From NCBI GenBank assembly GCA_043228905.1, contig JBHGNT010000021.1, positions 372,001-436,000 of the forward strand: 64,000 nt of DNA, written 5' to 3'. The stretch is from Azolla caroliniana (lineage: Eukaryota; Plantae; Polypodiophyta). Positions 51,370 through 64,000 of this stretch are shown here, one piece after another; the stretch's first letter is position 1, and each line of letters starts with the position of its first letter. The notes beneath the pieces were generated by a model that was given only the letters and a program-made list of their open reading frames with translations, had not been told where the DNA came from and searched no databases. Position numbers and translations under genes: made by a program.

Positions 51370-53540
51370 TGTGTACCAAGGGATGATGCATTGCACTGCA
51401 CTACAAGTGCCTCAAGTTTGAAAATCATGTTTTGGACTACTAGACAATATCCAAAGTTAGGAACAAGTGATGTAGCTCAACATATTGATGTTGTAGTTTT
51501 GGTTGAAACTTATGAGCATGTGCCAAAATGTAGACCAAAGATAGTTGGTTACCTTATAAAATCAATATACGCTCACTCGAAAAGAGAATATAGGAAATTG
51601 AGAGATAGTATGAGAAGCTTTATATCACCATAAAGGTAGATTTGGGTTGGAATGCGAATGATCCATTCATAAACTTGAGTTGACATATACTTTTGTAAAG
51701 ATATTGATTATGATCAATTTCAATGCTAAATTTAAAAAGTATCAAAATATGGAGACATTTGAAGAAAATATAATAAATACTTGATTATTTCGTCACCCAA
51801 AGGTTTGTATTGCAAAGGATTCTCATATATATGCTTGATTGTACAAACTTGATTGTCTTAAGTAGCATAAATGATTTTCCTTTCACAAATATACTCACAT
51901 GTTTACTAGCTTGAGGTCAAGGAAATGTCCTAGATTGCGCATTAATGAAGGTATGTGATCTATCCTTGGCAAATGTGTTTATAAAATTTGTTCTCTTTAT
52001 TCTAACTCAAAACCAAAAGCCCTTGTAATTGTGCATTAACAATCTCACATTCCATCAAGAATGCAATGGAGTGAAAAAGAAGGTAATCACAAAAAGTTAG
52101 GATGCATGCAAAGGATGTTGAGAAGCATTTGTCGAAGCTCTCCGGTTAACAATCTCACATTCCATTAACAAATGCAATGGAGTGGCAAAGGATAGTAATT
52201 ACAAAAAAGTTAGGATATATACAAAGGATGTTGAGAATTATTTGCAAAGCTCTCAAACCTTAACAAACTCACATTTCCTGAACAAATGCAATGGAATGAA
52301 AAAGGGGAGACATTACAAAAAGGTAGGATATATGCAATGGATGTTGAGAACCATATGTTAAAGATCTCTCTAAGAAACAAGCTTAGAGAAAAATGGCAAC
52401 ATTTGAAAGATGCCATCTTTAACATAGGATCTCAATACTTCCATATGCATATATCAAGTTTCCCATGTACTTCTTAGTTTGATGAGGAATGCAAGATGTA
52501 TCTCAAATTATTTAAGTTGGCAAAAGAAGAAAATGAAAGGTCCATGGCATAGTACCAATTTAGAAACGTAGTGACGAGAAAAAAAGAAACAATATTTCCA
52601 AATGCAAGAAAATATTGTTTAAGCTCCAACCCAAACTACCATGGGAATTCCAAGGTAAGCAATATAGGTAAATTTAGAAATGAAGAGATGCTACAATATG
52701 GACAAAAGCTTTATATGCATGAGGAGTGGCTCCTATAGTTAAGAACATTAAAACACCGTGTAATATGCACATTGATATTAGACATCTCAATAAGAAAACA
52801 AAAAACGAAGAAGCTAATGGCAAAGTTGGCAAAAGAAGAAAATGAAAGGTCCATGGCATAGTACCAATTTAGAAACGTAGTGACAAGAAAAAAAGAAACA
52901 ATATTTCCAAATTCAAGAAAATATTGTTTAAGCTCCAACCCAAACTACCATGGGAATTCCAAGGTAAGCAATATAGGTAAATTTAGAAATGAAGAGATGC
53001 TACAATATGGACAAAAGCTTTATATGCATGAGGAGTGGCTCCTATAGTTAAGAACATTAAAACACCGTGTAATATGCACATTGATATTAGACATCTCAAT
53101 AAGAAAACAAAAAACGAAGAAGCTAATGGCAAAGTTGCATATATAACTCTTATTACAAGTGAGCTCTTAAAATAGACAAGGCCACATCATTGATAATGAT
53201 TATTATAGATCAAGCTATTAAATAAGGTTTGCCTAATAATTGGTTTAGGCTCATTATTTGAACTAAGTCAATATTCAAGCAATAAGAATAAAGTATTAAA
53301 CTAGCACAATCATGTTGAGCTCAACTATGGCTAAATTGTTTAGCACTATCATGGAGCAAAAGGTAAGTGGATGGGCTAAGAGTCAAAACAAAGGAGCAAT
53401 TGGGCAAGCAAGTCATAGAAAAGAACACTTGCTTATGGATGATTTGGTTAATTAAAGATTAATTACACAAGAAAGTCAACCATAAAAGAAAGTAGACCTT
53501 GTGATATAGTACCACAAATTGAGCTTTGGAATAGAATGGT
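51370..53540 (+). mobile_element. Second decayed copy of the same LINE family in the opposite orientation
   Basis: 53135-53170 and 53305-53350 are reverse-complement matches to 50385-50420 and 50185-50232. DVVVLVET resembles APE motif II. Confidence 0.7.
52514..53137. repeat. Near-perfect 309-bp tandem duplication
   Basis: 52514-52822 vs 52823-53131 differ at 2 substitutions. An aagttg microhomology sits at all three junctions. Confidence 0.92.
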
Positions 53541-53552
53541 ACCAAACAAAGA

Positions 53553-54983
53553 GGAAACTTATCAAACTAACCCTCTAGTTTCCTATAATTCCTCTCGTGC
53601 CACTTGACTTGAGCAAATTTGTAGAATGTCAAAATAGCACCTTTTTATGATTTCATAAGGCAAATTGTATTTCATCATCACCAAATCTTCGTTAAGTTTC
53701 AAGCAACACTAATCATCTAGATCACTTATCAAAATGCCACTCTAGTTTACCATGACTCCCCGTTTGCCATGGAAATCAGAGAAAAAATTCAACACTCAAA
53801 GAAAACCAAATCACTTTAAAGTATATGGTAAAAAATCACCAGCCAAATCAACGAGATCAAATATTTCTGATGGTGAAAAAAGAGACATGCATCATCATAA
53901 ATGAGACATAAATCAGAGAAACATTGCATCTAAAGGCAACACCAAAACACTTCACAGCATATATCATCAACAAAGATTCAGCATTTCAAAGTTAGAAGAA
54001 CTTTTCCAATGAGAAAGATGAGAAATACATTATCAGAAAAGCATATAAGTAAAGTAATCATTTCTCGATATGCAGCAACAGATCACATGGTTTCCAACTA
54101 TAACAACCATCGTAAGGTGAAATAATAGAAACTATCATCACAGATGAGAAAGAAGGCCGACAAAGATTGTAGAGGAAACCTCGCCATTATTCTATTTACG
54201 CGGCAAAAAACAGAAACTGCCATGGGGTATTTCACATGAATCCAAGCTTTTGAACATGGAAGAAAAGAAATGCATTATCAAAAATGAGATGAGAAATCAG
54301 AAAATGCTAATCACTTCTAAATAATCCTTAATACTGTGTTGCCCTAGAAAACACTGATTTTCTTTGGAAGGTGAATGAAAAGATAAATCCATTACATTCA
54401 AATATTCCAAGTAAAAGGAGACGAACATTATCAACAAGAAACTCTAATTTTGCACTGCATCATTTGTGTTTACTTTGAGAACTATATCTCCATTTACAAG
54501 GTTAAACAAAACAAACATAACTTTACATGGAAACAGGAAGCAACAAAAAAGTCTAAGAAACGTGTGTTGTTGTGTTGAATCATGCCATCTCGTGTTGTGG
54601 TGTGATGTGAAGTGTTCAAGGTCTTACCTTTAAAATTCTGATTTCCTGATCGTTCAGGCGCCTACCGCGTATAAGGTGTTCAGCAGACATAGAGGACAAC
54701 TCATCAGCAGAATCATCGAGAGATGTCAACCTCGCTGATGCCAAGAGAAGTCATTCCATTTCTCTTCTCCTTCTCCTTCTTCTCTTTCTCTTCTCTCTTT
54801 CTCTTCTGTTTCCTTACCCGGCGACAGTCTTCTTCTCCTCTCTGTCGCTTGCTTCTTCTGTTTTTGCTTCTTCTGTATTCATTCATTTCTTCTGTCTACT
54901 TCGGAGAAAGAGAGAGAGTATATATTTCTCAAAATACCCCTCTCCACCAACTCGAGAGAAACTAGGGGTATATCATGAATTAC
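53553..54983. mobile_element. Putative non-autonomous Mutator-like (TIR) element
   Basis: Left end ggaaacttatcaaactaaccctctagtttc vs reverse complement of right end ggtaattcatgatatacccctagtttc. A subterminal repeat lies at ~53722. No clean TSD. Confidence 0.35.
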
Positions 54984-54989
54984 CAAAGT

Positions 54990-56290
54990 CCGCATTTTCC
55001 ACTCATTTGTCATTACTCACATTCTTCTCTCCATTATCTTGTTTCACAAGTCTTGAATCATGTCTCTCCTTTGAAAGATGAGGGACTCTTGTCGCCCTTT
55101 GCTCAGGGTGCCATGTTCTCCCACATGGTCTCAAGGAGCGTCCGTCTCCTACACTTCACTTCTTCAGCTTTCTCCATTGGGTTTTTCCTTGTAGCGAGCT
55201 CGTTTGTCTCCCATACATATCCTTCCTCTTTTTGTGCTTGAGTGGGTTATGGGGCATATGGTACGTGGTACGCGGTATGCAAGGGAGTTGAGTCCAAATG
55301 ATGCCCTTACTCTTGTTCCTATGAATGTGAAGGGACACTATCCTTATGAAGTTCCACAAGGAACGATCATAAAGCACCAACCATGCAGCCGTTCTTTTGG
55401 AAATTATCTAAAGACCATCAAATGGTTCACAGTTGATTGGATGTGGCCAATATTGTGAGGTGGGGTGATTTGGACTATGTCGAAGGTAATTATCAATTAG
55501 TAGGATTTTATTTTGTCTTGACTGGAGTTTGTGAGCGTTTAACTAGATGCTTGATTGGATGGTTAACGTTTTGTGTGCATATTGTTAATTGTTTATTGAA
55601 GTTAATTAATGCTCATGTGGTATTTTTCGTAGATTTCAAATTTCGACAACAAGATTTTCCTTAGAAAATGGTTAATTGTTTCGCCTTGTTTTGCTTGTGT
55701 CTTTTCATGTGTCAATGTAATCTTTTCCGGCTTGCACAAAATTTTATTTTATTTTTCCAAAAAAAAAACTCCTTCCATTAGTTATAAAATTTTACAAATG
55801 ATACGATTATGTACAAATCCCTGAAGGGGCACGATAGTTCCATCTTATGTGGATGGCCACTAACTCAAGAAAGGGAGAGAACGACCATTGTTGGATGAAG
55901 GCTATTAGTTGTCTTTCAACTCCCTCGGAGCCGCCCTTAAGGCCATCATATTGGCTCTTCAAAGTGGCTACAATTTCACTTCATGTCTCTTGCAGTAACC
56001 TTGTTGGATGTGCGGTTTGGTTGGAGAAGACTCGCCTACATCGTTGTTTCCATAGAATCCAAAGAGTTCTTGGGCTAACCAATTCCAACACCTCTTGAGA
56101 TTTGTCATTAAGAGGAGTGGAGTGGACATTGCCATTGGAGGAGAAAAAGACCTCTTGTGCTTTTATCACCAAAGACATCCCCTCCTCCTGATGCTCGTAT
56201 TTGCTAATTGCGGCCTGCCATGATAGCCAACATATATTTCCCCACTTGATCGAGCCTTGCACCTGGCACAATTGCAACAAGCGGCCAACC
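54990..56290. mobile_element. Two tail-to-tail L1-type 3' fragments (+ 54990-55768 with poly-A; - 56290-55770)
   Basis: Minus-strand TLWILWKQRCRRVF matches the L1 post-zf-RVT W.IW..RN..VF motif. The plus-strand piece ends in an A-run at 55759-55768. Confidence 0.5.
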
Positions 56291-56766
56291 CCCCGCCATA
56301 TTCAAATATATATTTGGATTCAAATTATTGTAGACATCACTCAAAACACAATCATATCTTAGGTGCTATATCGTTTCCAAATTTGATTCATAAAAAAAAA
56401 CCTGCTATGTTATATAGTGAGTGAAATTTTTTTCGCGTTTCATTTAGAAATGAATAGAATGACAAATTCTATTGTTACATAATTAAATATATTGTTCTCC
56501 CCATTGGGATGAATAGTTTGGCACAATTTATCACAAATAAAAAAAGTGGATGAGGATGTGTTTTTACATCTCCCAATTCTCCACCATTCATATGCCATTG
56601 AAGTATCTCAACAATTGATGTCCAAGGGATTTTCATCCTCAACTCTATGTGTATGCATCGCTTTTCATTCTTCTTTTTGTCCCCCTCGTGGAATTTCAAG
56701 AGATGTGAGAATCAAGATGATAGAAGGTGGTTGATTGCCACGTGTCAAGAACTACATGTGATATGC

Positions 56767-57599
56767 TCAATAATCTTGGCATCGACAATATAGAGCAGAA
56801 TATGGACACATTTGCTTATGGTAGATGTTTGAGACTCCTGGACCAACAAGAGGGCCACCTAATTACACACATGATTAAGGTATTAGGGATAAAATAAGTA
56901 ACATCTCTCTCTAATCAATATTAATATATATAACGCAAATATTTTGTATTCATAAAATTTAACAATATAACTAGTATAAAAAATATAAAAAACATGGCTT
57001 TGTTTTTTAAATGAAACCATGAACCTAATCATTGTGTTTAGATTGCTTGATATTTGCATTCACATCAATTTTATGATGTTTAAGTATCAAAAACGTGTTA
57101 AGTATCATTCTTCTCAATTTAAGCATGCTCAAATGATATGTTACAATATTTTGATTATTTCCAAATGATGTTCTCGATGTGTTGTTTTCAATAGATTAAC
57201 CTTGTAAATATTCAATACGAGTCATATAAATATTCTCACTAGATTACCTGAGATATAGCTAACAGGTAGATGTTGTAAAGTTATATGTATAGTAGTTGTA
57301 GGAGGTGGTATTGGGGAGATTGGTGATTGGGTCAATGGTTCCTCAACATCCTCATCTAAGCATCTTCCATGTCGTTTGTCAAACCATTCTTTGACGTCAT
57401 ATATGTGAGATCCATTGGCTATGTTTCCTCCACCACAACGTCGACCTACGACCTTCACAATAATACCCATAATAGTGATTGCACCTAACATGATAACAAA
57501 CTCGACGATGGCACGACTTGGGTCAGGGCGGAACCAAGGAGAGCCAGGTTGTTGGTGTTGTCTAGCATTGTATATGAGATTTGCATGATTTGTTGACAT
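56767..57599 (-). CDS. Single-TM small protein (plant 'GR.C.G...YD.E.W....C..C.DG' family), paralogue A, 2 exons: 57599-57248, 56858-56767 (147 aa)
   Basis: TM segment AIVEFVIMLGAITIMGIIVKVV followed by GRRCGG...YDVKEWFDKRHGRCLDEDVE. The phase-1 intron is at the same position as in paralogue B. Exon 2 reads GGPLVGPGVSNIYHKQMCPYSALYCRCQDY*. Confidence 0.7.
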
Positions 57600-60104
57600 C
57601 CTCACTCAGATTTCTAGCTTTTATAACTTTGTCACTCTATGCATGGATATATTATTATTACACGGTGGATATGATCTTGTCACGACAATTTACGCAAGAA
57701 TATGAGAGATGTTGAGGTTTATTAGTCTCTTAAGTGTTATTCCTAGGTGGTTATTGCTACGACAACTTGAGAGTATGTTTCCTACAACATAAGAGTATGG
57801 TTCTTGTTGCAAACTATTCCAAGTATAATGTTTCTTGATCCACAACTCGATATCATTTTATAGCGTTTCATAGTCAAACGTTTATTAGGCATTGATTGCG
57901 GACGCGTGTCTAGACATTTAATCATGTATTGGGTTTAATTGCACGTTTTCTTTTGTTTGACATATGACCAACTTCATGTAATTTGGATTTGGAAATTCCT
58001 TGCATGTCTCACTTAATGATGCTCGACCAAGCTATGATTTAATTGAGATTTCTATGGGTAATGCGTACTTCAAGAATTGAATTCATGTTAATACGGTATG
58101 CCGTACAATCATCATCTCATAACCAAGAAATCAAACATAGAATTGAAGAGACAAATGAATTGATCGTGGGTTTTTTATTTCCACAAACAAACAATAATTA
58201 CATCAAACAAGTTATTGGAATTTCAATGCTTGCTCTAACCATTCTCTTGGACTCTTTAATATTTATGTAAGTTCCAATGATGATGTTTGTATTTCCATTT
58301 AAATAAATATGAATTGTGAGTTTAATTTTACTACAGGGATCTAGGTTGCCTTACGTTTCATCTAGATTTACATACTATTTGAGTTTTATTGGGCAATTTA
58401 CGGTGTGTTTGCATTAATGGGTTCCATCTCTTACAATGATTTATGACAACGCTCGTTGGCTTATGTTTAATGCTTCATAATGTGCTCACTACAAAACTTC
58501 AAACACATGCAACCTGTTAAACCGAGAAAATAGTGATTGACGATGAAAATAGTGTTAGCATGTCAGAATTCCTCCATAATGACTTTAATATTAGAGGCTA
58601 GCATTTAATTATTCATAACTTACAAACACACTATGTTTGTTTATTTGATGGTTACCAGTCTTAAATTGTATTATTTGAGTAAATAGTGGATTTTTTAAAT
58701 TTTGCATTAATCACATTCATTACATCCAAAAATGATTCCACTAGAAGGAATCTCTATTAAGACAACGAAAAATGTTTCTCATTCAATTATGCTCCAATGA
58801 TTATTTATGCTGATATTTAAAAAATAAATCATGTGTTTCCTCCAATGATTATTTATGCTGATATTTATAAAAAAAAATCATGTGTTTCCCTTTAATCTAT
58901 TCTAGTGTATTGTGCAATCTATTTTAATACTTTGGATGCAAGTTAATCGAATTAATCTCATATCTTTTGCTACATCCTATATAATGACTTGTGACAAATG
59001 TTGCTTGACTTATGCTATTCAAATGTGATTGGAGTAAAATTATGTTAATTTGGCATTGGTATTCATTACATCCATCCCAAACATAAATGTGCTAAATTCC
59101 AAACCATGGTGTTTTGACAATCAAACTTGAGAGTGCCTAAAGCTAGGGTAATCATCCCAATTGTCAAAACACCCCATCGTATTCATAAAAACAACTATTA
59201 TACCGAATATCACGTAGATAGTTCTAATTATGGTATTTCAAATTCCATCTAATTATTTAGGAGTTTAATTATTTTTGTTTGGCTCATGTTTAGTCTATAA
59301 TTTAAGCTCCAATGGAAACTTTAATCCATGCTAATCATTAAACTCATCCCATATTCGTTGCATTTGTTGGGAATGTTGGTGTACTAGCAATAATAAGATA
59401 AACTAAAACCAATAAATCAGATATAAACTACAAATGTTACAAAAAATCAATGTGGGATTTGAGAGAATCAAACTCACAAACATCTCATACTTGAAGGGAC
59501 TCAATCACCTTCGAGGTCGACGTATACATTTTGTTTGATACACATTTTCTGATATTAAGAATGATCAATTTATTGTTCCTTTTCGCATAGTTTCTTTGGG
59601 GATATTGTAGTTCATGGTCGGGTATTAGCATGGAGTTGATGATATGGCCGTAGCACTAGTGACAAGTTTTAATGGATAATGGTAGGCTAAGTGAGAAACT
59701 AATTGTCCTGAGACTTGAGACAACACATATAGTTTTGGAGTTCAAGTACATAGAGGGGATTAGCCATCCCCTTTGACATGACATCGTAAAGACAATGTAA
59801 TGCTTTGTTGGTGAGGCCAAGCTCTCTTATTTCAGATGCATAATATAATTAGCTCAAGAGGTATAATACATAGAAATATTTTGTGATATAGGATGCCGAT
59901 GGGGTTTTCTATTTGTCTTGATGTCGCTAGGAGGCTGGTTTGATGAGATATCAAGTTCAACCAAACTCACTATGTGTAACACATTTCATTGGAGAGTGTA
60001 TGTTAAAGTCCAATCTTGTCATAAGTGTTTTTTTTGTAACTCTTTATATGCTAGGAGGAAATGTCAAGACTTTGTGAGACCACACAAAAGAAAAACTAAA
60101 GTAT

Positions 60105-60673
<569 letters not shown>

Positions 60674-62146
60674 ATCTAGGGGCATACCATGTACAAAGTT
60701 GTGCACAAAAGCATTGAATGTCGACGTTAGTACTAAACTAAGTGCACGATTAGGAGAAAAGAAGAAAAACAAAACTATCTCAATTGTTTTAGGCCAAATG
60801 ACCTTACCTCAATGTGAAACGGAACAACCTTTTTGTGAGAGAGTTATGAAACTAACTTTTGTGACGTGTTTGCTCTTTCTTCTTCATTTTTGGCCTAAAT
60901 TTCTCTTAGATAGAATCCAGGCTTGTTGAGTACACTCTTGTCCAAATCCACCTTTATACTTGTTTGCTAGTACGCTACTTCATTCACATCAAACATGATC
61001 ACTTTCTCTATTGTAATGCATGCTTAGCACAAAGTCATAATGTGCCTTCATGTTAATGCATGTAGGATGATTCTCCATCAAGGCCAACGTGAATCATTGG
61101 GCTTGATTACCACATATAGATATCTAGGGTTTCCATATTCACATCTAAACCCACATGTAATGCGCTTCATTGACCCAATGGACAACATGGTTTTTGTTTA
61201 CGAGCCCTATTCTATACAATATTATCACATGTCTTGACCTTGTAGGGCTCGCTTTTTTGCATGTTTGAGGACAAAAAGCTAAACCTCAACCTCATGTGTG
61301 TTTGAGCATGTATGCCACACATAATTGATGTGTTTTACTCTACATGAAGCTTTCTCTTTAAAACTACCCTCAAAGTATCACATATTTGACATGATATCCA
61401 TTGAATTTCATTCAATGAAGAATAGGGTACTACTACGAGGGACATTTTAATGCAAACTTCATCTTGATTGTCCTAAAGTCTAGATATCTCCATACATAAC
61501 CATTTCACCCTCCTTTGTTGCTTCAATCATTTGTGAGTTGTTATTGTTATGACATGTAAGTTGAGCACGCATCAAGGCATCATCTAAGTATATATGTAGT
61601 GAGTGTGCTTCTTAAGAGTTTCTTCGACATGATGTCTTGGAAGCAAATAATAAAGGTTATGCATCCGAAGTCATCCTTATCTATGCTCCATGCAAGTTTG
61701 TTCCAGAGGTTTGGCTTCATCTTGTGGATTCATGTACATACACAAACGTTAATTCTAATATAGGTTGATCAATTTATCTCCACTTCACTAACTTTTTTAG
61801 ACTAGAACTTAGATGTACAAGTTTCGTTAGTTATAAATTCAGTATATTACTTCATCAGGAACTAAAATCTTTCTTCTTCTTCTTCTTCTTCTTCTTTTCC
61901 TTTTGTTAGAATTGTTAAAACAAAAGAAGCAAAAACAGGTATGCTAAGCATGATGCTTTCTGTACAAATTTTCTGAATAATGCGGAAGAGAAGCTGTGGG
62001 AAATCGAATCTGAGACCCTTCCGCCGCCCCCAAATGGATCATCATGAAGAGGTTGATAAAAGCAGCGCAGAGTTCAGCGATGATATGGATCGATTCCACT
62101 CTGCACCTCCTGCTAGATTTGGGGCCCCTTCCCAATGTTGTCCTCA

Positions 62147-62941
62147 TCAATTCCCACAGGTACAACAATTGGGGCATGGACAAGGGCCGGAGGAGCATAA
62201 GAGTGGGTATGGGTACAACGTTGTTGGGTAGTAGAGACCAGTAGGAATATACGTTGGTCCACCTATATAACATCCATTATAGTTGATACATACTCATATT
62301 TGTCAAATCTACTACCTCCATGGATTTTTTGATTGTTTAACAAGAAAATGTCAAGCAAAACATACACAAGTTATTGATTTGTGAGCACATGCGCGTGCAT
62401 TACCTGGATAGCTAGGAGATATATGATGTAGAGGTAGAGGATGATGAGGGTGATGATATAAATGAGGGGGGTGAGGATGAGGTGATGAGATTTGAACGTG
62501 TGCGGTTGTGCTCCTTGCTTGCGCCGAAGTAGGTTCTGTCAATCGTGTTGGTGGTGTTGATTGTGTCGCAACCGATGGTATTGGTGTCATTGACACTTGC
62601 GCCGGAGTAGACTCTGTTTGAGGTGGAGGCACAGGGGGAGGAGGTGGCATTTTCTCAGGAGGCAATGGTGCAAGAGGCATCACTGCTTGTGGTGGCACCT
62701 CTACATCTCCATCTAGACACCCTCCACAACACCTATCCACCACTCCTTTGGACCCGTAGGGAGAACCATCACCCACATGTCTACTAATGCATGCTCGTCT
62801 TATGGCCTTTGCAATGATAAGGAGGATAATTATCGTCGTGACGACAATGATGACTCCCATTATGGCTAGTCCTGGGTCTGGGTGATGCCCCTCATTTTGT
62901 TGGGTTGCATTGTAGGAGAAATCCACATTGGTTGTAGACAT
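62147..62941 (-). CDS. Single-TM Pro-rich protein with Cys-rich C-tail, paralogue B, 2 exons: 62941-62404, 62262-62147 (217 aa)
   Basis: TM segment LAIMGVIIVVTTIIILLIIA, then RRAC...CCGGCLDGDVE and a Pro/His-rich region. The GT-AG phase-1 intron gives GGPTYIPTGLYYPTTLYPYPLLCSSGPCPCPNCCTCGN*. Confidence 0.78.
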
Positions 62942-64000
62942 AATGTTGCTTAATTTTTACAATCTTACTGTATAATATTCCTAGGGGAGTGGTTATTGTA
63001 AATACAATTAGAAGAAGCAAAAAGAGAAGGGTATATATTCCCCGTCCTATTGTGTTATACCCATTTTATAATATCTCTCCTTGGTCAAAAACTTATGTTG
63101 CTTACTTTTCCTCGGTTTCTATTGAAATGTTAAATAAAGTAGGCAATCCTTGTTTATTACATTGTAGTCCTTTTTCCTACGGAAGTGGTTACTATCAATG
63201 CAACTAGAGAGAAGGAAAAATGGAAGGGCATATGTTCCCCATTCTATTGTGGTATGTCCATTTAGTAAAAAATCTTTCCCTAGTCAAAATCAACATTCCA
63301 ATTGGAATGTTAAAGAAAGGAGGCGATTGTTTTTTATTACTTTGCATTCCTTTTTCCTCCCAATTGAACAATATGGGACGCATGTTTTCCTTATTGGAGT
63401 ATGTAAGTATGGTGCTTAGTCCATCCTAATATCATCAACATGTATCATTTGTTTTTTTAACACATAATCTTGTTGTTCATATAAATAAACCATCCTTTGT
63501 CAATCTTGCTTATGCAGTTCCTTGGGTCATTACTTTATATATATGCATGTATATTTGGACATCATCATTAAATCAACAAGATGCCAAGAGAACCAATGTC
63601 TTTTGGTTGTAATCGTAATGAGTACACGATCCCATTCCATTGAGCCATGCCCACATGGTTATATCTCATTGCAACAATTTTGTTTCTTGACATAAATTTT
63701 ACCCTCTCTCCACATTTGATTGGTGATGACCACCCTCTTTGCCAATAGACACATTTAATCTCTTACCACTACTCATTTGTAATGGAACAATTGCCTATTT
63801 TTATTACACATTCAATAGGGTTTATTTTTTTGGGCACTATTCTTTGTGAACCAAATTTATATTTTCCCTTTCATTTGAATGACATTTCTATATCCTTCCA
63901 CGATGCTAAATTTCAATAACATACCCAAGAGTTTTCATCATTAAGCACAAGCATGACACATCCTGTGTTATTCCATTTACACAAATTTGTTGACTTCACT

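Noticed and set aside
61944-62273. 109-aa minus-strand ORF as a separate gene
   Set aside because: Better explained as exon 2 (in a different frame) plus 3'UTR of the 62941 gene.

Overview
Eukaryotic land-plant nuclear DNA: AT-rich, with GT-AG introns and many (GA)n/(CA)n/(TACA)n microsatellites. A fern-like origin is inferred, not shown. Eight protein genes can be assembled by hand: a plastid-type DnaJ-like Zn-finger protein, a small conserved helical protein, a CCR4/HESPERIN-like EEP deadenylase, THOC5, a ~1767-aa orphan coiled-coil protein, a DUF4220/DUF594 membrane protein and two tandem single-TM paralogues. These are interspersed with retroelements: a decayed Ty1/copia, several RTE/RTE-X-like LINE copies sharing a conserved 3' stem-loop and (TTTC)n tail, L1 remnants and solo-LTR-like pieces. 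The most notable element is a nearly intact Penelope-like retroelement at 44206-46603. It encodes an RT with no visible GIY-YIG endonuclease, carries a TATA box followed by a minimal type-I hammerhead ribozyme in its 3' pseudo-LTR, and is bracketed by 115-bp inverted repeats. A second, very decayed Naiad/Chlamys-type PLE probably lies at ~28150-29560. All homology calls come from motif recognition; no database search was run.
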